Part shown: piece by piece, positions 14,116-27,862 of the stretch
Layout: every line of letters begins with the position of its first letter
Position numbering within the stretch: position 1 is the stretch's first letter
DNA from: Thalia democratica
Taxonomy: Eukaryota
NCBI GenBank assembly: GCA_965202585.1
Contig: OZ241831.1
Span: 31,248,001-31,312,000, forward strand
DNA length: 64,000 nt
Direction of reading: 5' to 3'
Position numbers and translations under genes: made by a program
The notes under the pieces: generated by a model
Databases searched by the model: none
The model's input: only the letters and a program-made list of their open reading frames with translations
What the model was told of the DNA's origin: nothing

Positions 14116-14802
14116 ATGTTAACAAATGTACTAGAGCTTTTATGTTTCCTGTTTGGACGTGCATTACCGATTGTAACTATTGTTGCAATAATACACCTGA
14201 TAAAACATGTTCTGGTACCTGATGCACCGAAAAAGTCATTGTCGTCAGAATTCGTTACTTTAGAGGAATATGAAAAGTTACTACAAACCAAAGATAGAAG
14301 ACCTGTCGAAAAAGTACTGCAAACCAAAAATGTAAAACCTGCTGAAAAAGTAGATGATTTGACATCTAAAAAAATTAAAAAAGAATTGAAAGATCTTTCT
14401 TTACACCCTCTTACTAACATTAGTGCTCGATGTAAGGAAAATGATTTCTTTAAATGGAAAGCTGTAATTCAAGGACCTCAAGGAACTCCTTATGAAGGTG
14501 GAAAGTTTTTATTGCGTCTGAATTTACCCAAGGACTACCCATTTAAGCCACCAAAGGTTATTTTCAGAACAAAAATATACCATTGTAACATCAACGGTGA
14601 AGGGCGTGTAAGTTTAGACATTCTTGGTAGAAAATGGTCGCCGTGTTTGACTATAGAAAAGATTCTGTTGTCAATTCAGTCTATGTTTACCGACTGCGAC
14701 CCTGATGACTGTCTTGTGCCAGAAATAGCAGCTCAGTACGTCAACAATCGCGAAGAACACGACAGAATTTGCAGGGAATGGACAAAGAAGTACGCAACTT
14801 AA
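14116..14802 (+). CDS. Intronless UBE2D/E-like ubiquitin-conjugating-fold protein, active-site Cys replaced by Ser, with N-terminal hydrophobic extension (228 aa)
   Basis: E2 motifs W.AVIQGP.GTPYEGGKF.L...P.DYPFKPPKV.F.TKIYHCNIN..G.VSLDIL...WSP.LTI.K.LLSI; HCN and TDC.P as in UBE2E; codon AGT at 14611-14613 sits where Cys is expected; AAAATG start context; AATAAA at ~14901. Confidence 0.93.
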   Translation: MLTNVLELLCFLFGRALPIVTIVAIIHLIKHVLVPDAPKKSLSSEFVTLEEYEKLLQTKDRRPVEKVLQTKNVKPAEKVDDLTSKKIKKELKDLSLHPLTNISARCKENDFFKWKAVIQGPQGTPYEGGKFLLRLNLPKDYPFKPPKVIFRTKIYHCNINGEGRVSLDILGRKWSPCLTIEKILLSIQSMFTDCDPDDCLVPEIAAQYVNNREEHDRICREWTKKYAT

Positions 14803-15747
14803 AAAGATGATATGTAGTGACTTCGATCAACGAACTACTTTGACTTCTTTGAAGTTTTGTAATTTATAATATTTTTGTAGGCCAAGTAGTATATTGATTG
14901 AATAAACTTTGAATAACAAAGTTATTACTGTTTTTATATTATCAAGTAGATAACAATTAAATAGTGAAAGTAGTGATATATTTAAAAGAATTAACAAAAA
15001 AGACGCTATTTGAAATATGGAATGATATGTTTCTAAAAAATCTTTTAAACTTTTTTGTTTAGTGTAAATTAAATTTCAAACTACCAAAAAATATTAATAA
15101 TTATGAGAAACATAATAATTATAAACAGATATAAATTTGTTATGTTAAATATAAGTTTTACACTTAAAATCAGTTCCTTAATATAGTGCTCAATACCGCT
15201 AACCAAGTTTTTATAACTATATTTTTTAATTTAAAGGTCTAAAAAATCGTTTTTCGAACTTCAAAAGCCATTATGTATTGTGTAGAATAATTATTGTTGA
15301 TAAAATGATTAGTAGTTCTATATCTAAAAGTCTATATCTAAGAGTCTATATTTATTTAAACTGGCTCCGCATTAAAACCGAACTTCACTTGACCCAAAAT
15401 TTCAGTTCATAATAAAAAGTTAGTCGCAGACTTTTAACAACCATTCGTTTTTTACGAGAATTTAAATCTGCATTATTTGTTATTACTCATAAAATAGCAA
15501 ATAGCCGCAGCTTTGGCATAAAAACTGTCTAGGTAAATTTAAATAATAGATGACACATTTAAGACTAAGTAAAACAAATTTAAGCAGCTTGAGCTCATAC
15601 ATCAAAATTTCTATTGACTAAACAAATAATAATATTTTTGTATCTAAAACTTTATCCTCTTGAAAGTATTTTAACGGCGTAAAAAATGTAAAGGGATTTC
15701 ATTGTAACGGAAAAACTAACAACAACTTTTTTAGGAAAGCTTTAAGT

Positions 15748-15935
15748 TAGGGTAAAGTGGGCGATAACGATTCCCTTGGGCATTTTTAGTAAGTGAGGGG
15801 CGAAAATTAGTAAAGGGGCGAAGTAGGCGGAGGGCGATTTAGGCGCCAAAGTGGGCGAAAAAGAAATGCAGATGAAGAGCAAAAAAAATAAAGGTAATAA
15901 GTCTTTTAATAGTAATTTTGGTTCTTTCTCTAGAT
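15748..15935. repeat. GC-rich repeat-element terminus (GGGCGA motifs, GAAGAGCAAAAAA) interrupted by the hAT insertion
   Basis: Several gggcga motifs; gca(g/a)atgaagagcaaaaaaa occurs on both sides of the 15936-19133 insertion (~15868 and ~19153). Confidence 0.4.
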
Positions 15936-18900
15936 CAGGGGTCGGCAAACTGCGGCCCGCGAAGGGTAAATCTGCGGCCCGCGAGCACATTGTTTTTTTG
16001 AATGGAATGTGGCCCGCGAGAGAAATTTCTGCGGCCCGCGAGCTACTAAATGTGGCCCGCTGAGCAAAAATAAATTTTGGTGAATTTTTTTTCGGGAATT
16101 TGGTTTAGATTGATTAATATCGTTTTAAGTCCCTGAATAACATTTTTAACAACTAAAAAACTAAATTGCTTTGACTTGAAATTGTTAAAAAGACAGATTA
16201 GCATTTGACAAGTGATTTTCTATCAGTTTCACAATAACTTTCTTATTGCATCTGTAAATTTTTGCTGAAAAAAGAAGTGCTTGGATGCAGTAGGTTGTTT
16301 ATATAACATTTATTTAGTTATTTATATAACAAACTAAACGCAAATGCTTTCCATGTAATGCACAGTACTTAATTAAAATTTCTTTCTGTATAGTTCAGGT
16401 ATTTTGTTTAACATGTAATTAGTACCAAAATTCTTTTATAAATGTTTTATCACAGTAATTTATATCTAAGTGTGCACAAAAACATTTGAAATAGCATAAT
16501 AATAAATAGGTTTATTTTATTTTCCATTTAAAACATATTAAATTTTAGAAGGATTGTGTGCAATTTAAATTAATTGCTATAAACACCAATGTACACAGAT
16601 GTTTAGAACCATTTTTTAAACTATTTTTTTAAATACTTAAGTTAGATTAAGTGAAGTTTAATCATATATATAATTTCTTTTTCTACTTGAAAATCTTAGT
16701 GTTTACAAACACTTTTAAAACAGTATATATGCAGAAATAAAAATTTATTTGTTATGTAAGTTGGTAGGTATACAGTTTCATTTTTCAAACAAAAGTTTTT
16801 GGTAGATCGAATTTATTTCTTTGCTTTCCACCCTAATATACATATATGCTATTTTTTGTAACTACGTATTTAAAATATATTATATTTAGCGATAGTAAAT
16901 TTAATAAATTTAAAAGTTGTTAAATTAAATAGTTCAAGTTCAAGCAATTAAGCAACTTAACTTTGCCACAATATTGGACTAAGTCAGTCATTGAATATTT
17001 TTCAAATTTCAGGCTAATTTAGACATTTTTTTAGTATTTACCTTGAATTGCTTTTTTTGTTCTAAAATTTAAATCTAAGTTATCAGGCTAGTTTCTGGCA
17101 CTCATTCAAAACTTTTTTGCTTTGAAGAGTGGCAAACAAACTTATGATTTATGTTTTGTTATACTCACAGTTGTGGTTATGATTATAATATATTTTAAGT
17201 CTTGCAGCTGCTATACTTTGAAATATTATTTATATTAATTTATAAGTGTGAACAATCAGTGTTGACGTAATAACTTAAATTTGACAATTTGCTTACAAAA
17301 ATCTTGAAATTGAGATTAAAAAAAAAAAGAGTTTTAAATGTTTTTTTCTTTTAAAGCTACAGATGCAGAAATGAACAGTATAATTTTTTCGTATGTGGTT
17401 CAAATGATCCTTCCCTTCATTAATTTCATTATTAATTCTTTTGCCATTTTTTGCGTTATTTGATAACTTAGGATACAACTTAATTTACAAAAAAAAAACA
17501 ACTTCAATCAAGCTAATGCACGCAGAAAACTTTGATTGTAAATGTGCGTTAGACTTTAACTTAACTTTTTTTGTGTAAGTGTTTTAGAATCTAAATTTAA
17601 TTTATAACTATTGAAGGTCAAAAAATTGTAGAAAAAAAATTGTCTGTGGGTTTTATTTGCATCTAGAAAGTCAAAATCTGTTATTAGTTTTATGTTTCAA
17701 AGGTTCGTTTATCTGAAACTCCAAAAGTTTTGACTTTGTTTCAAGTGTCATTATATGGCACCACATTTCATAGATAACTTGTTTTTTTATTGTAGTACCA
17801 AGTTAAGTTGCTAAGACAAATGTTTTAAAATGTTTTCAGTTCAAACGGTATCTTCTTTTTATTAATTACTTTTGCTACTTTATAAATGCCTTGAAAAAAA
17901 TTTTGATCAGTCTGTGGTTACTGAAGATAATCATGCGCTTTGTTAAAACTAACGTAAACATTTTTTCGTTTCTTGCAATAACTCCTAACCAACGTTTTTA
18001 TATTTTTATAGCTCGTCTAACATTTCACATTTACTATTTATAAATGCAAAATTTTTATTGCGATAAAGATTTGTTATATACTGAAAAAAAAACTTATTTT
18101 TATTAAATGGTTAATAATCTTTCATTTTTTCGTTAAAAATATTTAAAAAAGTTAAATATACATTCAAGCTGACTTGTAACGTTTATTTTTTTGTTTATAT
18201 TTAATCTGTTAATAAACTTCGTTTTTTTTTGTAAACTTTGTTATAAACAGGATTGCAAAAAAAAAGCCTATTTTAGAAATTTGTGTACTCAGACTAAATT
18301 AAACCTGTTTAAGACATTGTTGAAAACTCAGGTCTGTGTGAAATTTATTTTCAAGTACTTTAAGTAAATCTATCAATACTCATAATAGTTTTATGATTGT
18401 AGTGTAATTTATTTATTGTAATTTATTCTAGGCTACGTACATATTTTGTACTTTTTAATAATGATAATATTTTAGTTAGTTATTTAAGCTTGATTAACAG
18501 CAATTTTTAAGCTTTTTTAACTTTTAGTAAACTAAGACTGATTTTATATTACTAAAACATTTTTAGTTGTTAAAGTGACAACTATGTAAAAGACTAGTTA
18601 TTTAGTAATAAAGAATTCGAGCAATAATTATGTAAAAAAAATTTTAGGTTTCTTCAATACAAATAGGTTTTATTTTTATGTAAACTAATTACTGAATTTT
18701 TAAAAGAGTGCAAATTTTTAAAAACTTAAAATTTATTTTCAATAATTATATGAAAAAGTTTTTTATATGAAAAATTAGTTGATAACATAAAAGAATGTAT
18801 AAAAGTCACTCATAAAGTAATTTAAGCTTGGTTTTTATAAAAAGTTAAGTAAATATTAAGTTAAACTATTAACTGAAAAAAATAGTACATAGTTTATTAA

Positions 18901-19133
18901 GAATTAAATATACTAGTCAATGTAAATGTAAATTCTTTTTTTTTTTTTAATAAATAGTCTATGTAAAAATAAAAGCAAATCCAAATAATAAACTTAATAA
19001 AAGTTAACTAAAAGTGTGACTAAAACTAAAACCAGAAGATTATTTAAATTTAACTAAAACTAAAACTGCGGCCCGCGAAGTTTTTTGAAACTTGAAATTT
19101 GGCCCGCGAGCACCAACTGCCTGCCGACCCCTG
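15936..19133 (-). mobile_element. hAT (Charlie/Buster-type) DNA transposon, decayed, with TSD
   Basis: TIRs CAGGGGTCGGCA at both ends; GGCCCGCG subterminal repeats; 8-bp TSD ctctagat / ctttagat (7 of 8), matching the NTCTAGAN preference of Charlie elements. Strand inferred from the transposase fossil in the related copy at 59239. Confidence 0.9.
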
Positions 19134-22100
19134 CTTTAGATATTCTTGAGTTGCAAATGAAGAGCAAAAAAAGGTCTTAGGTGTCTTACATGTAGTTTTT
19201 TGAGCAATCTTGTTGGATTAGGCAATAGTTTTTTTTAATTTCTTCAAAGGGAGAATTTTGAAAAAAAAAGTTTAGAAACCTTGCTTTAAGTATTACCTAT
19301 AACATTTTTGATTTAATAAATTTAAAATTCAGTTAAATTTAAAAATAAAGTCGTAAATAAAATTATTTCTTTTAGAAAGCTAACAACAATAGTTTCTAGA
19401 ATTTAAAAACACCCTTGTAATAAATTACATACACTATTCACATTTGAAATTTAAACATACAAAAAGTTAATTTAAAGAACAAGAAAAAGCACATACTTAC
19501 TGTTGTGGAGTTTATAATTCAAAATGTTTTCGGTAAACAATGTGAGTACTCCCAAGTCCCAACATCGTTTCCTAAACTTTAGCAGCAAAAATACAATAGT
19601 ACAAAACAATAAGCCTAGGGTTAATAACACCTTAGGTTAAAGATGTAGTAATTTATTTACAACCAAATGTTAACTTTTCCCAAAAAAAAAAACTAACGTT
19701 TCTTGAACAAAATAAATTTTAGTGTTCAAAATTGTGTGCGATAATGTTTAACAAAATCATTTTTTCAAAAATATTTTAATTACCTTTGTGTTTTAAACAT
19801 AAAGCTATTTCCTTAAGAACAAAAAAAAGTTAAACAATTTGATATAACGTATGAAAATAAGACTTTTTACTTAAACAACATTCATGATTTATTTTTGTAA
19901 ATAAAGTTTTATTTAGTAAGCTTATGTTTAGCTCAATATACAAAATTCTATTAAAAACCTAGACAAAAATATTTTTAAGTTTTAACCATATCGTTTCATT
20001 ATCTAAATTCTAAACAATCATCAAACTTCGTGTTATAAGATTAGTAAAAAAAGGTCTAAGATTTTATTTACATTTAAAGTAACTTTTAAATTTTATAAAT
20101 GAAGTTTAGTTACATAAAAGTAATTGAAATTGTTAAAAAAAATTTTTAGCAGCTCTAATGTTAAATGTATAAAGTAAATTTGAAGGCCTTTTAGAAAAAA
20201 TATAATAAAAATTGAATTAGAAGTAATGCTTATTTACAACTATAAAAAGAAGCATCTTGTTATACTTTATATAAAATAAATTGCTTGGTAAGATTTTAAA
20301 AAAAAAATTATGTTTCTTATTGTCACACTTTTTGCACCTATTCTTTGAAAAGCGATTTACAATTTTTGGTAATTAACAAGCTAACTTTTTAATACTTGCT
20401 AAGCTTACTCTAAACAGAAATCTCCTATCAGGCGGCAAGTATTTAAATTAGTTTTAACATTAGGTATCAAAAAAAGCGAAATTTAATAGTTATTGCAACA
20501 AAACGCACTAGTACTTTTTAACTATTGGATCAAGAGCCTGATTGATAGTTTTATCAATTTAGTATGTTTTTAAATAAAGAATGCATTGCAAGCCGCAAAT
20601 TTTTGCTATGCGGTTTTTGGGGTCGCAGTCTGCTAACCCCTGCTTAAGATCATAATTACTATTGTGGCAATGAACTTATTGCCTAAAGTTACTCAGCCGT
20701 AAAATTTTAAAATTAAAATACTTTCAAATTTTTAAGAAATCAGAAATTTTGTATTTAGCAACCATGATTTGAATTCACTAATTTAAAATTGCTTTAAACA
20801 CTATTTGAAACATAGTTAGACTTTTTGTTAGATGTTAATACTAGTTTTTTTATTAAAAGTGTAACTGAAAAAGTTTTTTATTACTTAGTAATTACATTAA
20901 ATCAATTTTATGTTCTTTATGCTTTATTTAGAAAAGTTATTATACTGAAGACTTCTTTATATTTATATACCAAAAATCTTATGTTTCTTATTAAGATGAA
21001 ATTAAATTGTAATGTTTTAAACAATTAGATGGTCATGTAGTTAAATTTTCACAAACATTTTTTATTATCTAACAAGTATTCATGACTAGCTGTTTCAACA
21101 AATTTCTTTTTTTTTAACTTAGTTTTTTTCTGACACCTGTACCACAGTTTTTTAGACATAAAGGTACCAGGGGTATTAAAACATCTGTGTCTAGGGGCTT
21201 TTTTTAAAGAGGTTGCACAATTTTTTGTTCAACAACAGATTATTTATATTGAAGCATTAAAATATAGTATAGCTTTCTATTAGATAAATGTCTAAAATTT
21301 CTAAAGTGCATAAAAATTTTTGTATTTTGAACAATTTCAATACAAAATCTTAATATGTAATCCAGTTCTTTTTTAGTCAACAAAGTCTTAAACATAAACC
21401 TAATTACTGTTTTTATTGACAATGTAAAAATTTTGCCAGTACATTGTGAGGCTAACAGGAATAACAAAACTTTTTATACATTAAAAACTTAAAACAAAGT
21501 ACTAACCAAAAAAAGTAACTATATTGTCTAATTAATAGAGAAACATATTCAATGATACGTAAAATTACTTAACTAAACAGTTCAAGTTAAAATAATTTAG
21601 CTAAAACTCAATTTAAATCAAAAATATATTTTGTATTTTAAACTAAGAACAGACGTAAATCATTATTTTATAACTTGATGAAAAATAAAAACACATATTA
21701 AAACTACGGTTTATTTAATGTTCTAAAAGTAAAAACAGTATGTGATTTCGTCAAATGTTTTCAAAGTTGAAAATGAAACCCTTCGAGTTGTATAGATTTT
21801 CATAGATACTTTTTAAAAACTTTTGATTAGTTAATTTGTAGTAAAAAGTTTCATTTGTAAATAGTGCAATTTTCGTGGTTTTGAAATTTTTGCATAGTTT
21901 ATACATTTATTCGAGAAAAAACTTGTAAAACCACGTCTTTATAACTTATTTATTTAAAAAACATACACTAAACTTTACTTAATATAAAAATCAACTATAC
22001 TTGTAAACGATATCTTGTAAATAATATTGATTCGAACTTTTAGTAAAATACTTTAAATTAATACCAATTTTAACTGATTTTTTATGAGGGGTGCAAAGAA

Positions 22101-25100
22101 AACAGGAAACCAAAATAAGTCCCTCGAAAATACACTTTGAAAAAAGTATAAAAAGAGTAATTTTTCTTTTTTGTCAACGCTGCCTAAAAATTGAGCTGAA
22201 AGTCTAATATCAAAATGTCAAAAGTGTAAATTATCCAAGTTACATCAGTTAAATAATTGCATTTTTAGTTCTATAGCTTTTTTAAAGCTAAGATGCTTAA
22301 AATATATATGTTAAAAATTAAGTTCTTAAGTATGTTAAACATTTTTATTAACTTCAAGTTTTCTTTAATTATTAATTTTTTCATATTCATGTTGGATAAA
22401 AACAAAATGAGATTAAATTTTTCTTCTGTTACATTATTTTCTATTAGATAGTCAATGTTTATTTAGATTGAGTTTTACTTTATTTTGGTCTAGATTTTTA
22501 CATTTTTTCATATAAAGTTAAGAAATTGATCTTTTTTTTTAGCAAAAGTTTATTAATTAATGGCAAATTATCTTACTGTTCAAACTTTGATTAAACTTTG
22601 TAAAATATTGTAAGTAATTTGAATAAAACTTAATTTCAATTTGTAAAATCCAATGTGCATGATCAGTATGTAGTCCTAACATTAACATTGTCTTTCTAAT
22701 GATACTTTTGTTAAGTTTTTATTAAGTTTCACAAATACTTTTCAGTTTTTTGGGTAAAAAATGTTATGCTAAAATTATTTTTATGATAGGAGTATGAAAA
22801 ACTTAAACTTTCATTCATTATCTTTTACAAAATCTATTGAATTATTTAAGTAATGTTTAAAACTCATTTAGTTATTATAAAATAAATTTAACACACACTC
22901 AACTGATTCAGGCACAATATTAATGAAATTGATATAAAATAAAATACTATCAATGTACAAAATGGTTACCTAATTTTGGGTCCTATTTTAGCTGATTAAA
23001 AAAGCTCTTTAAATGACTAATATATTTAGAATACTTGTCAAGGACAAAACTTCAAATGTAGAGATGTTGTATATATTATTAATTGTAACTATAAATATTA
23101 TAAAAACTGTTATACTGTAAACATGGAAAATTGTGGAGAAAAATGTCAGATATAGAAAAAAAATGTAAATCGTAGCAAAATATGTACAATTTGGCAAATG
23201 TGACAAACTAAACTAAAAATCAATAAAATATTTTTATAACATCTATATTTCAAGTTTTTGTCCCTAATAAATCAGATTTAATTTAGAGGCTTTCTTAATC
23301 AGTTACAATATTGTTCTTTTATTTTTTAGGAGGGACATCTACAAAACTTTTAGGTTTTTTTTTAATTGTAATTTAATTTTATTGTAAGTTATCTGTCAAT
23401 ATCTGATTACTGTAGCATACTATTGTTTTCTTACCATGAATAATAAGATTAATTATCTAATCTTTTAACTATTTATTTAATTTTGAATTTTCTTAATGAA
23501 GTACAAGAAACTTAAACATATTTATGCATTTAACAATTTTCAATGCTTTTTGAAATAAGATGCATACATATTTGTGATTAGATATACTAAAAAAATGGTA
23601 TTAAAACGATAGTTGAATTTTTTTAATGTAAAAAAGATAAAAATTTACAACCATACTAACCTTTTTGTTGATATGACACTTGTAAGTTTGTGAGTATACA
23701 CTATACAGCTAAATAAATCAGTGTTGGAAAAAAATATAGAACTCTGAAATACCATGATTTAGACAATTTATTTCAGAAAAATCTGGAAAAACATAGAAGT
23801 TAAGAAGTTTTGATTAATGACCTGGTAAAACTTGGAACTTTGAACATAAATCACATAAAAACCTGAATTTTTAAACAATGATATATGTGATTTTATGAAA
23901 TTTAGATTAAATGCAAAAAAATCTTCTAAATGAAATGCATAAATTTTTTTTATAAGTTTTTTATTGAAAACATATTTAAAGTAGCATTACAGTATCTTTT
24001 GAATATCTATAAACCAATTCAGACAGTTTTCACCTTAAATAAAAGTTTTTACTGAAAATAAAATATAAGCTTTGTCTTTTTAAAACCTAAAAACATTAAA
24101 AAAAACCTGGATAAATATATAAAAATACACTTCTAAATGTAGAAAAAGTAAAAATGGCTTTCATTTTTCAAATGTGAATTTTAATAATATTTTTGTATTT
24201 AATATAAAATTCTTAAAAAAAATAACACAAACAATTAAACTTTTCAAACTTATTCAAAACTGTCTTTAATTTTCTTCGCCTTGATTCCAACTTCACAAGT
24301 TTACAATTATGAACATTCACAAGTTTATGATCACAAGTTTTCCCCTTCTTTGATTTTCCTTTATATTTATTTTTTCTTATTAAATACATGACAAACTTTT
24401 AACTACGTCAGATTGCATTACTTACATTACACTCAATATACTCAGGCATGGTCAAACTTTTGTATCAAGCTCAGGCTGATATAAAACTTAACAAGGTTTT
24501 GAAAATTTTCATACATTCTAGAGTATTTTTGCCCATGGATATTTTTCTTTATTAGTTATTAGTTTCTATGTTTTGATTAGTCTCTTAATTAATACTTTGG
24601 CTTTAATTAATATTTAAGCTTGATTATTTTTTTTGTTTTCATTTTGTGGCTGATGTTATTTAACTTCTTCTCCATGAATTCAGGCTAGTTTGATGTTAGT
24701 TATTAGTAACTCAGGCATGCTTTTTTGACACAAAAGTCGCAAACCTGTTATGTATACAATTATTTATCTTCAACTAAATTTTATATGGTAGTAAGGACTA
24801 CATACATTTTTTTAGTTTATCATAGCACCTAATCTAAACGGTTATAATTATTGTAAAAACCACTCATAAATATAAATGTGTAGATTTTAATAAAGTTTCA
24901 AAGATTTAACTGTTATTAATAGACTCTAGAAAAGCTTTTTATAAATTTTGAGTTTTAGCTCTGTTCAGGGTTGCCAAAAAGCCTTGAAACCTGGAATCAC
25001 CTGAACTTTAACAATTGAGACTAAAAAACCTTGAAAAACCTAAATTTTGAAAAATTAAAAAAAAAAACCTGGAAAAACCTATAATTTTTAACAATTCTAA

Positions 25101-25650
25101 CTTGTTTATTAATAAAATTTCAAATGACTCAAAATCTATCATACAGATAAAAAACGTTTGTTATCTTAGATTTTTATTGTTAAAATCACATTTAAAGTAG
25201 CTTTAGAGTATCTTTTTATTCTCTTTAACGCAGTTTCTTACTTAAAACTTAGCTTTAAACTAAATATAGATCCAAAAATGTATCTTTTAGAAGCTTGGAG
25301 GAAATTTTAGAAACCTTGTGAAAATTTGCTAAAAACATTTGACAAACCTGATACATCCATTAAAGTGAAAATAGTGAATTGTTGATACTAAATTATTTGC
25401 AGATTAGATTCTTTTACAGACTCTACAAATTAGTTCTACTTGTGAACTTAAAATATTTTCTTTTTTTAAATTAAAACATGTATTTAAATTTAATGTATTT
25501 CAATTTCTTGTAAGTCTTTAAAATTTTAATTCAACTATTTGTTTTTCATTTAAGTATATCAAATAATTTAAAATCTCTACAAATACAACTTAAATAATAT
25601 ATGGTTACAAAAGACGTAGAAACGATGCTCAAATTATTTGGTCTTAAGAT

Positions 25651-25730
25651 CTGGTGCACGAAGAACCTTATGGTTATTGAGTCGCACACCACAGACACCC
25701 TTTAGCGTCTTGTCTAGGATAAGAATAACA
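25651..25730 (+). repeat. Short interspersed repeat, copy 3
   Basis: ctggtgcacgaagaaccttatggttattgagtcgcacaccac matches the 1883 and 12420 copies. Confidence 0.65.
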
Positions 25731-26417
25731 AGAGACAGCAGTTGTTTAACAGATTTTTTAATTTTTAATTTTACTTTTAACAAAATAAAACCGTCTTTTA
25801 GCTCTAGTTTAGATGAAAAATAATGTATAGTAATATAAAACGTTTTTTTGAAAAGTTTAAAAATTTTTTGAACAACTGCTGCCTCTTAAACCTAACACTT
25901 TAAATACTTTATTCTATATTTATACAAATAAATTATTTTTTAAAAATAATTTTTAATTTAAACAAGAATCGCAGCCACTAAATCTGTATACTAAGAACTA
26001 CTTTCAGGATAACTCTGGATAATTTTTAAGATTTTTATTTACTTTAGGTGACTCAACACACTAATGCCCAGTTAAACACTAAAAAAAAGTAATGCTAACT
26101 AAGTTTTTATATTTTAAACTATGGGTAGTTTTAACATTTTTTTAAACTTCTAACTGTTTTTTTAGATAGTAAATGAGAATTTAATGAACGAGCAACAACT
26201 CTTTGTTATTAGTTTTTAATTTTATTGAAATATTTAGTTATAAAACTTAAGTTATTTTTTTATCCTTGTGGCTATCTCTTTTTTCACTATGACAAGTTAT
26301 CACAACATAACTTTAATAACAATCAAATATAGAAAAATTTACATATTTTCTGTTATTGCTTAAAAGAATAATAAACAATGAACTTCACCTCAAGATCAAC
26401 AACAGCATCTGAAACAA

Positions 26418-26460
26418 TCCTACGACCGGTTTCGTCCTATTTAGGACTCATCAGGCAGGA
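26418..26460 (-). ncRNA. Minimal type I hammerhead ribozyme (Penelope pLTR type)
   Basis: Minus strand reads UCCUGC CUGAUGA GUCC-UAAAUA-GGAC GAA ACCGGU C GUAGGA: intact core, 4-bp stem II, 6-bp stem I with one G-U, palindromic ACCGGU stem III, GUC cleavage triplet. Confidence 0.85.
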
Positions 26461-27490
26461 ATAGTTTAAAAGAAAAAAGTTTTAAAAGGTATTAGAATGT
26501 AGAAAAGAGTATATTCATTTATGATATGAAAAATCTAGTATAACTTAGCTAGTTTTAGGTAACAAAATATAGCTTTTAGACATTAAAGATAGTTTTAAAA
26601 CTTGAGAGGCAGCCGTATTTAAATTTTATGCTGAAGATGCTATTATTCTTTTTTTTTACATGATGGCCAAGTAACTTTGAAACCTGGAATTAAAAAATTT
26701 AAGTAAAAAACCTCCAAAAGAATTTAGACAATATTTTTTTTTGAACAAAATATTTTTCATATAAAAATAATCAATGTTGCCAAATAACCTGGAATCCTGG
26801 AAAAACCCTGGAACTTGTAATTTAGGCTAAAAAAACCTAATAAAACCTAAAAATTGAGAAATAAAAAAAACTTCCTGTAAAATCCTGGAATTTTGAACAT
26901 TAATACCTAAACACCTTGAGTTTTAAAAGTTTATACATATTAAGTAGTTTAATTTGGATTTGAAACAAAAATCTACAAAAGATCTCATATTAATTTTTTT
27001 TTGTCATAATCAACTTTTTTTACCACATAAAAAGTAGCCTACAGTATATTTTGAATTTTGTAATACTACTTAACACAGTTTTAACCTTAAACTAAAAATA
27101 AAACCAAAAACTTGAATCTTAAAAAACCTGAAAGAAATTGAGAAAACATGGAATAAATTTCTAAAAAAACAAGTTGCAACCCTTTTTGTTTTAAAGTGAG
27201 ATGAAATAAATTACAAAAAATTTTTCAAGACGTATGAATCGAGTTGCCACAAAACCTGGAATTTAACTATTTAGGATATAAAACCTGGAAAAAACTAAAA
27301 TTTAAGAAATTAAAAAAAACCTGGAACTTAGAATTAAAATCAGTAATAAATTTGAAATTTTATATAAGTACTACATGATAAGTATCACTATCTAATTTAT
27401 AAAAATAATTATTATAATTTAGTCTTGATACGAATAATTTACCATAAAGATAAAAAGTGTTGTCAGTATCAATGTTCTATTTTATCAAAA

Positions 27491-27862
27491 CAGGGTTGCC
27501 ACTTTACCTGGAATCCTGGAAAAAAATGTAATTTGACAATTTAGACAAAAAAAACCTGAAAAACATGGAATTCAAGAAAATTTTGACAAAAACCTGACAA
27601 ACCTTGAATTTTTAAGAACTTGAACATGTTCAGTAGTAAAATTTCGGTTTGACTCAAAAATATTATCGTATAGATAAAAAAAAATTTCATCAACAAATTT
27701 TTTTTTTAATACATTTTAAGTGGCTTTAGAGTATCTTTTAAATATTTTTATACTACTGAACTCAGTTTCTTACCTTAAAATTAACTTTACACTAAAAATA
27801 GTCCCAAAAATGTGTACTTTTAAAAACATGGAATAAATTTGAAAAAACGAGTGGCAACCCTG
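27491..27862 (+). mobile_element. MITE family A copy with perfect TIRs, nested in an older copy
   Basis: cagggttgccact ... agtggcaaccctg; the interrupted family body resumes after 27862 (acatttaaggtagctttaaagtatc). Confidence 0.85.

Noticed and set aside
14064-14420. 118-aa minus-strand ORF
   Set aside because: Antisense shadow of the E2 gene. The same applies to 47115-47336, 51980-52210, 41763-41966 and the plus-strand ORFs over the lectin genes.
15742-16063. Two overlapping ORFs of 82 and 70 aa
   Set aside because: They span a GC-rich repeat end and the hAT terminal repeat; no protein motif.
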